A stretch of DNA of 64,000 nucleotides, from assembly GCA_016777965.1 (NCBI GenBank), contig JADHQL010000001.1, forward strand, positions 3,451 to 67,450, written 5' to 3'. Origin of the DNA: Fidelibacterota bacterium. Its GTDB lineage: Bacteria > Fidelibacterota > Marinisomatia > Marinisomatales > Marinisomataceae. The position numbers and the translations under genes are program-made. The notes beneath the pieces were generated by a model, which worked only from the letters and a program-made list of their open reading frames with translations, did not search any database and was not told the DNA's origin. Shown in pieces: positions 1 through 7,682 of the stretch (positions are counted from its first letter, which is position 1; the number at the start of each line of letters is the position of its first letter).

Positions 1-609
1 TCAAACGGTGAGTGTAATGTGATGATTATTTTTGCTGGTAAAGCTCCAGATGATATTTCTGGTTTAGTTTCATCGCAAGAAGTTGATTTATTCATTGTTA
101 CATCTCCAATTAAACATTATCCCAAAGAGTTTTATACAAATGGAATTTCATTGGGTCTTTATGAATTTGAAAGAATTGATGCTGAAGTTAAAACACCATA
201 CACATATTATGGTGGAATAAAAGCACACAGGTCTCTAGTGCATGAAGGGCCTTTTGACGAAGCGTTGTATACTAGCAAAGATGAAATTTTAGAAGGAACT
301 ACGTTTTCATTCTTTATTGTTAAAAATGAATCTGTAATAACTCCAAAGCTTGATGGTAGAATCTTAGGAAGTGTTACAAGAAAAAATTTGTTAAGAATAA
401 TGGATGTTCACAATATTGAACATAGTGAATCTGTAATTTTAATCGATGATTTAAAAAATTCTAGCGAAGCATTTATTGCTTCGGCAAATAGAGATCTAAT
501 ACCTGTAGTTTCAGTGGATGGTAATGAAGTAGGTGACGGTAAAACTGGACCAGTGTATAAAAAGTTGATGAGCTTGTATCAACAGGAAATATTGAACATT
601 AGTACATAA
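1..609 (+). CDS. PLP-dependent aminotransferase class IV (branched-chain/D-amino-acid aminotransferase-like), 5'-truncated by window edge
   Basis: Frame open back to position 1; motifs 'EALY..KDEILEGT..SFF', 'ILGSVTR', 'EAFIAS', 'VGDGKTGP' typical of class IV aminotransferases. Confidence 0.85.
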   Translation, partial: SNGECNVMIIFAGKAPDDISGLVSSQEVDLFIVTSPIKHYPKEFYTNGISLGLYEFERIDAEVKTPYTYYGGIKAHRSLVHEGPFDEALYTSKDEILEGTTFSFFIVKNESVITPKLDGRILGSVTRKNLLRIMDVHNIEHSESVILIDDLKNSSEAFIASANRDLIPVVSVDGNEVGDGKTGPVYKKLMSLYQQEILNIST

Positions 610-610
610 A

Positions 611-630
611 ATAAGCAATTAATTGCTTAT
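611..630. promoter_or_regulatory. Perfect 20-bp palindrome ATAAGCAATTAATTGCTTAT, candidate operator upstream of the lipoprotein operon
   Basis: Exact inverted repeat in the 83-bp intergenic region; contains a TTGCTT -35-like hexamer; no U-tract. Confidence 0.45.
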
Positions 631-692
631 ACTGGGAACAAGATAATTATTTTTAAAGTATAAATTAGAGATAACTAATTAGAGAGGAAAAC

Positions 693-1097
693 ATGAAAAA
701 TCTAACTTTTGTATTATTTTTATCATTCATTTTAACTGGATGTGCTATGCAAGCTCCAACAGCTTCTGCAGATTCAAATGATTTTACTTTAGGTAAAGTT
801 CAGTCACAGTTAAAAGAAGGAATGAGTTCATCTCAAGTGGTATCTTTGCTTGGTTCACCAAATTTAGTTACAAGTACTAAAGATGGTGGAGAAGCATGGA
901 CCTATGATAAAATTTCTCAAGAATCTGAATCATCAAGCCTTTCCGGAGCTGGAACAGGTTCCACTGGAAATTTTTTTGGTATCTTTGGTGGCGGTCGTTC
1001 AAAATCATCAAATTCTAGTAAAAATCTTACTTTGATTGTAAAATTAAATGCTGATGGTATTGTAACGGACTTTAAATACCAGAGTATTAAATACTAG
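693..1097 (+). CDS. BamE/SmpA/OmlA-family outer-membrane lipoprotein
   Basis: Lipobox ILTGC; 'LKEGMSSSQVVSLLGSP...EAWTY' and C-terminal 'LIVKLNADGIV' SmpA pattern; GAGG RBS. Confidence 0.8.
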   Translation: MKNLTFVLFLSFILTGCAMQAPTASADSNDFTLGKVQSQLKEGMSSSQVVSLLGSPNLVTSTKDGGEAWTYDKISQESESSSLSGAGTGSTGNFFGIFGGGRSKSSNSSKNLTLIVKLNADGIVTDFKYQSIKY

Positions 1098-1101
1098 AAA
1101 A

Positions 1102-1599
1102 ATGAATAAAAATTTTCTCTTAGCCTTATCATTAGGCATTATTCTTACCGGATGTGCATCAATAATGCAAGAACGTACAACAGCAGTAAAAAGAGCAACT
1201 GAAACTAAAGAGTTCGAAGTTTCTACTAAAGATCTAATTACTGCTTCTATTGGAACATTTCAAGACCTTGGTTATACTATTGATGTACTTAATGCTGAGT
1301 TTGGTTTAATTACAGCTAGTAAAAAACAAGGAACAACTGCAACCAGAACTAATCTTGAAGAAGATCCATTTGAGGCTTTCTGGCGCGCATTAACTGGAAT
1401 TGAAAATAAAGATGATGTTATAATAGCTCCTTTAACTTTATCTGCAACAATTACAGTTAAAGAAATTTCAACTGATCCATTACTTTCGTCTTTAAGAGTA
1501 AACTTTGAAGGTGGAGATCGTAAATTTTCTGATTTATTTTTTAAAAGCTTTTTTGCAGCTTTAGATAAATCATTATTTTTAGATCAAGCAATTAATTAA
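1102..1599 (+). CDS. Lipoprotein of unknown function (paralog of 1602..2162)
   Basis: Lipobox ILTGC; shares 'ET.E..VS...L....IG.FQDLG.TID.L..EFGLITASK' and C-terminal 'FF.A.DKSLFLD' with next gene. Confidence 0.8.
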   Translation: MNKNFLLALSLGIILTGCASIMQERTTAVKRATETKEFEVSTKDLITASIGTFQDLGYTIDVLNAEFGLITASKKQGTTATRTNLEEDPFEAFWRALTGIENKDDVIIAPLTLSATITVKEISTDPLLSSLRVNFEGGDRKFSDLFFKSFFAALDKSLFLDQAIN

Positions 1600-1601
1600 A
1601 A

Positions 1602-2162
1602 ATGTTTAAAAAAATAGCAATACATTCTTTTCTATTAACATTTTTATTAATGAGTTGCGCCTCATCAGGCGGCTCATCAGACAAATCTACCGCAGCTCAA
1701 AGAGCAGTTGAAACTAGAGAATATGATGTAAGCTCAAGAAATCTTATGCAGTCTACCATTGGGGCATTTCAAGATTTAGGCTTTACAATAGATACATTAA
1801 GTGAAGAATTTGGCTTAATTACAGCAAGTAAAATTGAAGAACCTAAAAAAGAAGAAAGTGACGATAATATTGGATTATTGGGTGCTTTAGTTGCAGCAGT
1901 TGCAATTGGTGCTATATTATCAAGCGACTGGAATGATGATGATAATTGTCTGTTTTGTGATAGGAATGATGGCGGAGAGACGGTTATTGTCAAAGATTAT
2001 AAGTTGACAGCAACAGTAACGGTGAAAGCAATTAATGATTCCGAGCCTTATTTATCATCATTGAGAGTTAATTTTGGTGGTTCAGAAAGAAAAAGATCCA
2101 TGCAATTTTTTAGAGAATTTTTTACTGCAATTGATAAATCTCTTTTCTTAGATGAATCTTAA
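1602..2162 (+). CDS. Lipoprotein of unknown function (paralog of 1102..1599)
   Basis: Lipobox LMSC; colinear with previous gene, plus hydrophobic insert and CxxC (CLFC). Confidence 0.8.
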   Translation: MFKKIAIHSFLLTFLLMSCASSGGSSDKSTAAQRAVETREYDVSSRNLMQSTIGAFQDLGFTIDTLSEEFGLITASKIEEPKKEESDDNIGLLGALVAAVAIGAILSSDWNDDDNCLFCDRNDGGETVIVKDYKLTATVTVKAINDSEPYLSSLRVNFGGSERKRSMQFFREFFTAIDKSLFLDES

Positions 2163-2223
2163 GAAATCTACAGCAAATTAAAGATTCTACTTTTTACTTT
2201 TTTTCCTTAGCTTTATATCTAAG

Positions 2224-5200
2224 ATGATTAAGAGTAATCTTTTTAAATTTTTTATCATTGCAATTACATGTTCTCATATATTTGCAGGTTCATTTGGTAA
2301 AAGTCATTCCGCAGAGCTTTTAAGTAGAGGAAGGTCAGTTCCTATTGCAATGTTTGATGACACTCTTGTAGCGGCCAAAACATTTTCATCATTGACCTCT
2401 AGAATTTTAGATGTGTATTCTTATGATGTAGCAGCAAATCAATTGATAAAAGAATCTGAGATGACATCACCAAATCCAACGCCAGGAGATGATTTCGGTT
2501 TTAGTATTGCTTTATCATCTAATTATATGATTGTTGGCGCTCCAGGATACAAAAATGGACATGGTATTGCATTTTTATATAAAAAAAATAATGGAAAGTG
2601 GGAGCTATATAATACTTTTGATAATCCAGTACCCTCAAATGTAACTGGTACCCCTCATAAGTTCGGTTATAATGTCACATTAACTGATAAGTATGTATCT
2701 ATCTCATCCCCATTTTATAATGATGGTCTTGTATATGTGTATAACTTAGATAGCATTGACAATAGTAAATCATCAACTAAGCCTTTTCACACAATAGATG
2801 TAAGAAAATTAGGGGATGTTGAAGGGTGTTATGCTATTGGTCCTAATAAGTTTGGGTTTGGTATTTCAGCTTCTTTTAATGACAATAAACTACTTATTGG
2901 ATCGTTGAAAGAATTTGTTTATATGATTGAATATATAGACGGTATTCCATTCGGAATTGACATTCCAAGCCCAATCAGTATAAAAAGCGAGGATACTAAA
3001 ATTAAATTTGGTGAGTCGGTCTATGTAGGAAAAAAGAACTTATATATATCTGCGCTTGAAGATGATGGTGGAAAGGGTCGTGTTTTTGTATACCCATATT
3101 TGCAATCAGCTAAGATGGATGAAGATCAAAATCCTTGGATCAATCCTTATAAAATTCAACCAGTTTTGTTAGAAGAAAACTCTCATTTCGGATATAAGAT
3201 TGTTGAACATGAAAATAAAGTTTCCATATCAACTTTCAATGAAGGAAAAATTTTTAATTATATTATTAATGATTCAGATCGTCTTGAATTAGTTGATGAT
3301 ATAGAAGGCTCATCAGATGAGTATTTTGGTAGAAACATAGTATTGAGTGATAATCTTTTGATTACTGGAGCATATTACGCTGATAAGCTTTATGCTTTTG
3401 ACTTAAGTACATCAAACAAAAGCATCGTCTCAACTTTTTCAACTGGTATTGGTAGTACATCGATTAAAAATAAAATTGAGTGTACAAATGGGTTTGCCGG
3501 TTCTTATCCTTGTAAAGATATGGATTTGATGTCTTTTACTGATAAAACGGAAATTGGTGGTTCTAATTCAACATCTTTAAATGATATTTGGGGATGGACT
3601 GACCCTCAAACTGGAAAAGAGTATGCGCTTGTAGGTATGAGTAATGGAACTTCTTTTGTGGATATATCTAATCCTGAAAATCCAGTTTATATTGGTAGAC
3701 TTCCTACCCAAACCAATAATTCTACCTGGAGAGATTTAAAAGTTTATCAAAATCATGTATTTATTGTATCTGAGGCCAGCGGTCATGGAATGCAGGTATT
3801 TGATTTGACAGAGCTAAGAAATTTTAACGGAAATCCTTTTACGTTTTCTAATACTGCATATTATAGTGGCTTTGGAAATGCTCATAACATTTTTATCAAT
3901 GAAGATACTGGTTTTGCCTATGCTGTAGGTACAGGAACTTGTGGGCCGGGTGGATTGCATATTATTGATATTTCTACTCCAAGTTCGCCTACAAAATCAG
4001 CTTGTGTGTCTGATCCAAATACTGGGAGATCAAACACTGGATATTCTCATGATGTTCAATGTGTTGTTTATGATGGTCCAGATTCAGCTTATGTAGGAAA
4101 AGAGATTTGTTTTGGTTCAAACGAAACCAGAGTATGGATTGCAGATGTCAGCACAAAGTCAGATGACAATAGCGGTGCTAAAACTATTGGTCTAGGGAGT
4201 TATGATAATTATTATACGCACCAAGGCTGGTTGACCGAAGATCATAGATATTTTATTGTCAACGATGAGTTAGATGAATCTAACAATGCTTACAACAATA
4301 CTAGAACTTTGATTTGGAATGTAGAAGATTTAAATAATCCAGTAGTACATAAAACGTATTTTGGCCCAACACCCGCTATTGATCATAATAACTATATTAT
4401 TGGTAATAATGTATACATGTCTCATTATACAGCTGGATTGAGAGTGATGGATATTTCAGATATTTCTAATCCAACTGAATCAGCTTATTTTGATGTGTAT
4501 CCATCTAGTAATAATACTTCGTTTGATGGTACTTGGAGTAATTTCCCTTATTATGGAAGTGGAAATATTGTTGTAACAGGTATAGATGAAGGATTATTTG
4601 TTGTAAGTCCTAGTGGAAGTGGACCTGCACCTGCACCAGAGGTAACTTATACGATTCCTAGCGACGGAAATGTTACTTTAAATTGGCAAGATTTAATTTG
4701 CATATCTTCCTGTACAGTAAATATTTATAGATCGCTAGAGCCTGGATTTACTCCAGATTCTTCAAACTTATTAACAAGTATAAATTATCCAACATTTGAA
4801 TTTACGGATTCTAATTTGGATGAGAATATTTTCTATTATTATAGACTTTCAGTAATAAGTAATGGACAGGAAAGTTTATTTACTGATGAGATTCGAGTTA
4901 AGCCTGTGTTTGTTCCTAATCAGGCACCCACTATAGATGTACCAGATGATGTTCAGTTCTTTGAAGATAGTAGATATGATGTTGTATTAACTGGTATTAG
5001 TTACGGAAATGATATTAATCCTCAAAATATCACAATTGATGCAACTTCTGATAATAACGATTTATTTTCAGGTGTTTCAATAGATTATGATCCAGCAGCT
5101 AATCCAATACTTTTATCATTAATTCCAAATCAAGATAAATATGGTACATCATTAATTACTTTAATTGTTAAAGATGATGGTGGAACTGTTGGGGGTGGTG

Positions 5201-5934
5201 TTGATTCAACTATGGTTTCATTTAACGCCGATGTATTACCAGTCAATGATGCGCCTGCAAGTTTCAACACAGTTGGAGAATATTTTATTTCAGATGGAGA
5301 ATATATAACAGGATTAGATTTTAGAACTGTGTATATAACCCCAGAAAATGTAAATGATTCATTAAGGTTTGTATGGAATGCTACAACAGATATTGATGGA
5401 GATGATGTTTCTTATAGAATGATAGGATATCAAGGACTAGAATTTTTAACAATGGATGAAAATGAATCCATTACTGATAATTATAAGACATGGGCCTTGA
5501 AAGATTTAGCTGCTCAGACAGATACAGTTACTGTGCTTGAAGGGTTTTGGAATGTTATTGCAAGCGACGGTTTACTATTACGATCAGCATCTATGTTAAA
5601 CGGTCAAATGAGAATTGATGGAAGACAACTTATTCCAGATGTATTAGCAATAAGACAAAGCTATCCTAATCCATTTACAGATTTTACTACAATTGAGTAT
5701 GATGTTCCATCAGCCCAAGACGTTGTAATCAAGATCTTCAATATTAAAGGTCAAACGATAAAAACTCTGGTTAATGAAAATAAGAGTGCTGGATATTACA
5801 CTGAGGTTTGGGATGGTACGAATGATGATGGCGATGAAGTAAGCTCTGGAGTCTATTTCTGTCAAATGTATACTCCTAAAAATCCGAATGGTGGCAGATT
5901 TGTCAAAGCCAAAAAAATGGTAAAAATTAGGTAA
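2224..5934 (+). CDS. Secreted choice-of-anchor B family protein with FG-GAP repeats, FN3/cadherin-like domains and FlgD-Ig/T9SS-type C-terminal domain
   Basis: Signal peptide; 'DDFGFSIAL...IVGAPG' FG-GAP; 'NDIWGWTDP..GKEYAL', 'WRDLKVY', 'AHNI', 'YTHQGWLTED', 'DHN'; C-terminal 'QSYPNPF...IKIFNIKGQ..KTLV...WDGTNDDG..VSSGVYF'. Confidence 0.85.
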   Translation: MIKSNLFKFFIIAITCSHIFAGSFGKSHSAELLSRGRSVPIAMFDDTLVAAKTFSSLTSRILDVYSYDVAANQLIKESEMTSPNPTPGDDFGFSIALSSNYMIVGAPGYKNGHGIAFLYKKNNGKWELYNTFDNPVPSNVTGTPHKFGYNVTLTDKYVSISSPFYNDGLVYVYNLDSIDNSKSSTKPFHTIDVRKLGDVEGCYAIGPNKFGFGISASFNDNKLLIGSLKEFVYMIEYIDGIPFGIDIPSPISIKSEDTKIKFGESVYVGKKNLYISALEDDGGKGRVFVYPYLQSAKMDEDQNPWINPYKIQPVLLEENSHFGYKIVEHENKVSISTFNEGKIFNYIINDSDRLELVDDIEGSSDEYFGRNIVLSDNLLITGAYYADKLYAFDLSTSNKSIVSTFSTGIGSTSIKNKIECTNGFAGSYPCKDMDLMSFTDKTEIGGSNSTSLNDIWGWTDPQTGKEYALVGMSNGTSFVDISNPENPVYIGRLPTQTNNSTWRDLKVYQNHVFIVSEASGHGMQVFDLTELRNFNGNPFTFSNTAYYSGFGNAHNIFINEDTGFAYAVGTGTCGPGGLHIIDISTPSSPTKSACVSDPNTGRSNTGYSHDVQCVVYDGPDSAYVGKEICFGSNETRVWIADVSTKSDDNSGAKTIGLGSYDNYYTHQGWLTEDHRYFIVNDELDESNNAYNNTRTLIWNVEDLNNPVVHKTYFGPTPAIDHNNYIIGNNVYMSHYTAGLRVMDISDISNPTESAYFDVYPSSNNTSFDGTWSNFPYYGSGNIVVTGIDEGLFVVSPSGSGPAPAPEVTYTIPSDGNVTLNWQDLICISSCTVNIYRSLEPGFTPDSSNLLTSINYPTFEFTDSNLDENIFYYYRLSVISNGQESLFTDEIRVKPVFVPNQAPTIDVPDDVQFFEDSRYDVVLTGISYGNDINPQNITIDATSDNNDLFSGVSIDYDPAANPILLSLIPNQDKYGTSLITLIVKDDGGTVGGGVDSTMVSFNADVLPVNDAPASFNTVGEYFISDGEYITGLDFRTVYITPENVNDSLRFVWNATTDIDGDDVSYRMIGYQGLEFLTMDENESITDNYKTWALKDLAAQTDTVTVLEGFWNVIASDGLLLRSASMLNGQMRIDGRQLIPDVLAIRQSYPNPFTDFTTIEYDVPSAQDVVIKIFNIKGQTIKTLVNENKSAGYYTEVWDGTNDDGDEVSSGVYFCQMYTPKNPNGGRFVKAKKMVKIR

Positions 5935-5937
5935 TTT

Positions 5938-6552
5938 ATGAAACCTTTAAAGAGTTTATATCAATGGGTTTTATCTTGGGCAGAAAGTGCGTATGGTACG
6001 TTAGTATTGTTTTTAGTCGCGTTTGCTGAATCTTCATTTTTTCCAGTACCTGCCGATCCTTTACTTATGGCACTATGTCTCGGAAAAGTTAAAAAGTCAA
6101 TGTACTACGTTTTTATGTGTACACTTGGTTCAGTATTAGGTGGGGTATTTGGCTTTATAATAGGATATTTTTTATGGTACACACCTGGTGGTGAGCTAAC
6201 AGGAATAGCAAACTTCTTTTATCGTGTGATACCAGGTTTTTCTCCGGAAGTGTTTGATAATGTTGGAGCTCAGTATGATGCTCATAATTTCTTGGTTATA
6301 TTTACAGCTGCATTTACACCAATACCTTACAAAGTTTTTTCAATTACAGCAGGCGTATTTCAAATCAATCTTCCAATATTTATTATTGCTTCCATTTTAG
6401 GTAGAGGCGGAAGATTTATCATTATAGGATTGTTAATAAGGTTTTTCGGAGAACCAATTAAAGCGATGATGGATAAGCATTTTAATACATTTATTATAGT
6501 ATTAACCATAATCTTTGCATTAAGTTATGTTTTAATTGGATATTTATTTTAA
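5938..6552 (+). CDS. DedA/YqaA-family membrane protein
   Basis: 'AFAESSFFPVPADPLL', 'FTPIPYKVFSITAG', 'GRGGRF'. Confidence 0.9.
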   Translation: MKPLKSLYQWVLSWAESAYGTLVLFLVAFAESSFFPVPADPLLMALCLGKVKKSMYYVFMCTLGSVLGGVFGFIIGYFLWYTPGGELTGIANFFYRVIPGFSPEVFDNVGAQYDAHNFLVIFTAAFTPIPYKVFSITAGVFQINLPIFIIASILGRGGRFIIIGLLIRFFGEPIKAMMDKHFNTFIIVLTIIFALSYVLIGYLF

Positions 6553-6562
6553 AGGAGCAAGA

Positions 6563-7588
6563 ATGAAATTATTTTTAGTTATGTTATTGTTTGTTACCTC
6601 ATGTACAGATACAAATCAAAAATTCAGGTCAAATAATCAAGTTGAGCTATTTAATACTTCATCAGAAATAACAATTGAAGATTTTAAAAATCATATCGGA
6701 TTTTTAGCATCTGATGAGCTAGAAGGAAGAGCGTCAGGTACTTTTGGTGACGAAATGGCAAAAGATTATATTAAAAAATTCTTTGAAAATGCTTCTTTGC
6801 CAACAAAAAGAACAGTTGAAATCCAAGAGCATTATGTTCCCGCAGAAAGAAAATGGAACTTAAAGCCAGAAGACATGACAGTGAAAACATACAATATAAT
6901 TGCAACATTACCTGGAAATGACCCCATTCTTAAGGATGAATATGTAGTGATAGGTGGTCATTATGACGGTGGAGCTGCAACTGCAGCGCAACTTAAAAAA
7001 ATTAGTGGAGATAAAATTTATAATAATGCAGATGATAATGCCTCAGGAACTGCTACTGTATTAGAGTTGTTTGAAAAGTATGCTTCAACAAATTCGAATA
7101 AAAGAACCTTAGTTTTTATACTTTTTGGTGGGGAAGAGCTAGGATTATTAGGATCAAAATATTATGTCGAAAACCCTACAGTTAATCTAGATAAAGTTCA
7201 AATGATGATTAATTTGGATATGATGGGAAGATTAACTGAAGAATTATTATATGTTGGAGGTGTTACATCAGGAGAAGGTTTTAAAGAGAAGTTGCAAATA
7301 CATTTTGATAAAACTGATATGAACATAGATGCATATTCTAATACACCTCATGCAGAAGATAGAAGATATAATAGATTATTCCAGAGATCTGACCATTATA
7401 ATTTTTATAAAGAAGATATTCCTTGCATTTTCTTTTTTACAGGCATTCACGATGATTACCATAGGCCATCGGATGAAATTGATAAACTTAATTTTGATGG
7501 AATTCAAAAAATTGCTAATCTAGTAGATTCAATTGTAATTGATTTTTCTTCAAATTCTCGTCTAAAATTTCAAGAAATAACAGAATAA
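6563..7588 (+). CDS. M28-family zinc aminopeptidase, probable lipoprotein
   Basis: AAGGAG RBS before ATG 6563; 'FLASDELEGR', 'GHYD', 'ADDNASG', 'GEELGLLGS', 'NLDMMGR', 'RSDHYNF', 'DYHRPSD'. Confidence 0.9.
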   Translation: MKLFLVMLLFVTSCTDTNQKFRSNNQVELFNTSSEITIEDFKNHIGFLASDELEGRASGTFGDEMAKDYIKKFFENASLPTKRTVEIQEHYVPAERKWNLKPEDMTVKTYNIIATLPGNDPILKDEYVVIGGHYDGGAATAAQLKKISGDKIYNNADDNASGTATVLELFEKYASTNSNKRTLVFILFGGEELGLLGSKYYVENPTVNLDKVQMMINLDMMGRLTEELLYVGGVTSGEGFKEKLQIHFDKTDMNIDAYSNTPHAEDRRYNRLFQRSDHYNFYKEDIPCIFFFTGIHDDYHRPSDEIDKLNFDGIQKIANLVDSIVIDFSSNSRLKFQEITE

Positions 7589-7595
7589 ATAAATT

Positions 7596-7620
7596 ATTAT
7601 TGAGATTTAATCTCAATAAT
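7596..7620. promoter_or_regulatory. Fur-like box 1 (perfect 12-1-12 palindrome ATTATTGAGATT-T-AATCTCAATAAT)
   Basis: Core TGAGATT-T-AATCTCA has the 7-1-7 architecture of Fur boxes (TGATAAT-N-ATTATCA); lies immediately upstream of the -35 of the TonB receptor gene. Confidence 0.7.
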
Positions 7621-7622
7621 GC

Positions 7623-7651
7623 TTGTATTTCTATTTTTTTCTATTTATAAT
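7623..7651 (+). promoter_or_regulatory. Sigma70-type promoter TTGTAT-N17-TATAAT
   Basis: -35 at 7623-7628, exact TATAAT at 7646-7651, 17-bp spacer, ATG at 7683. Confidence 0.65.
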
Positions 7652-7653
7652 TC

Positions 7654-7668
7654 TGAGACAAAATCTCA
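7654..7668. promoter_or_regulatory. Fur-like box 2 (TGAGACA-A-AATCTCA)
   Basis: Second copy of the TGAGA-N5-TCTCA core, over the predicted transcription start. Confidence 0.6.
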
Positions 7669-7682
7669 ATAAAGTGGAAAAA

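Noticed and set aside
7589-7682. Cobalamin riboswitch upstream of the TonB receptor
   Set aside because: No B12-box motifs; the region is fully explained by Fur-like boxes and a promoter
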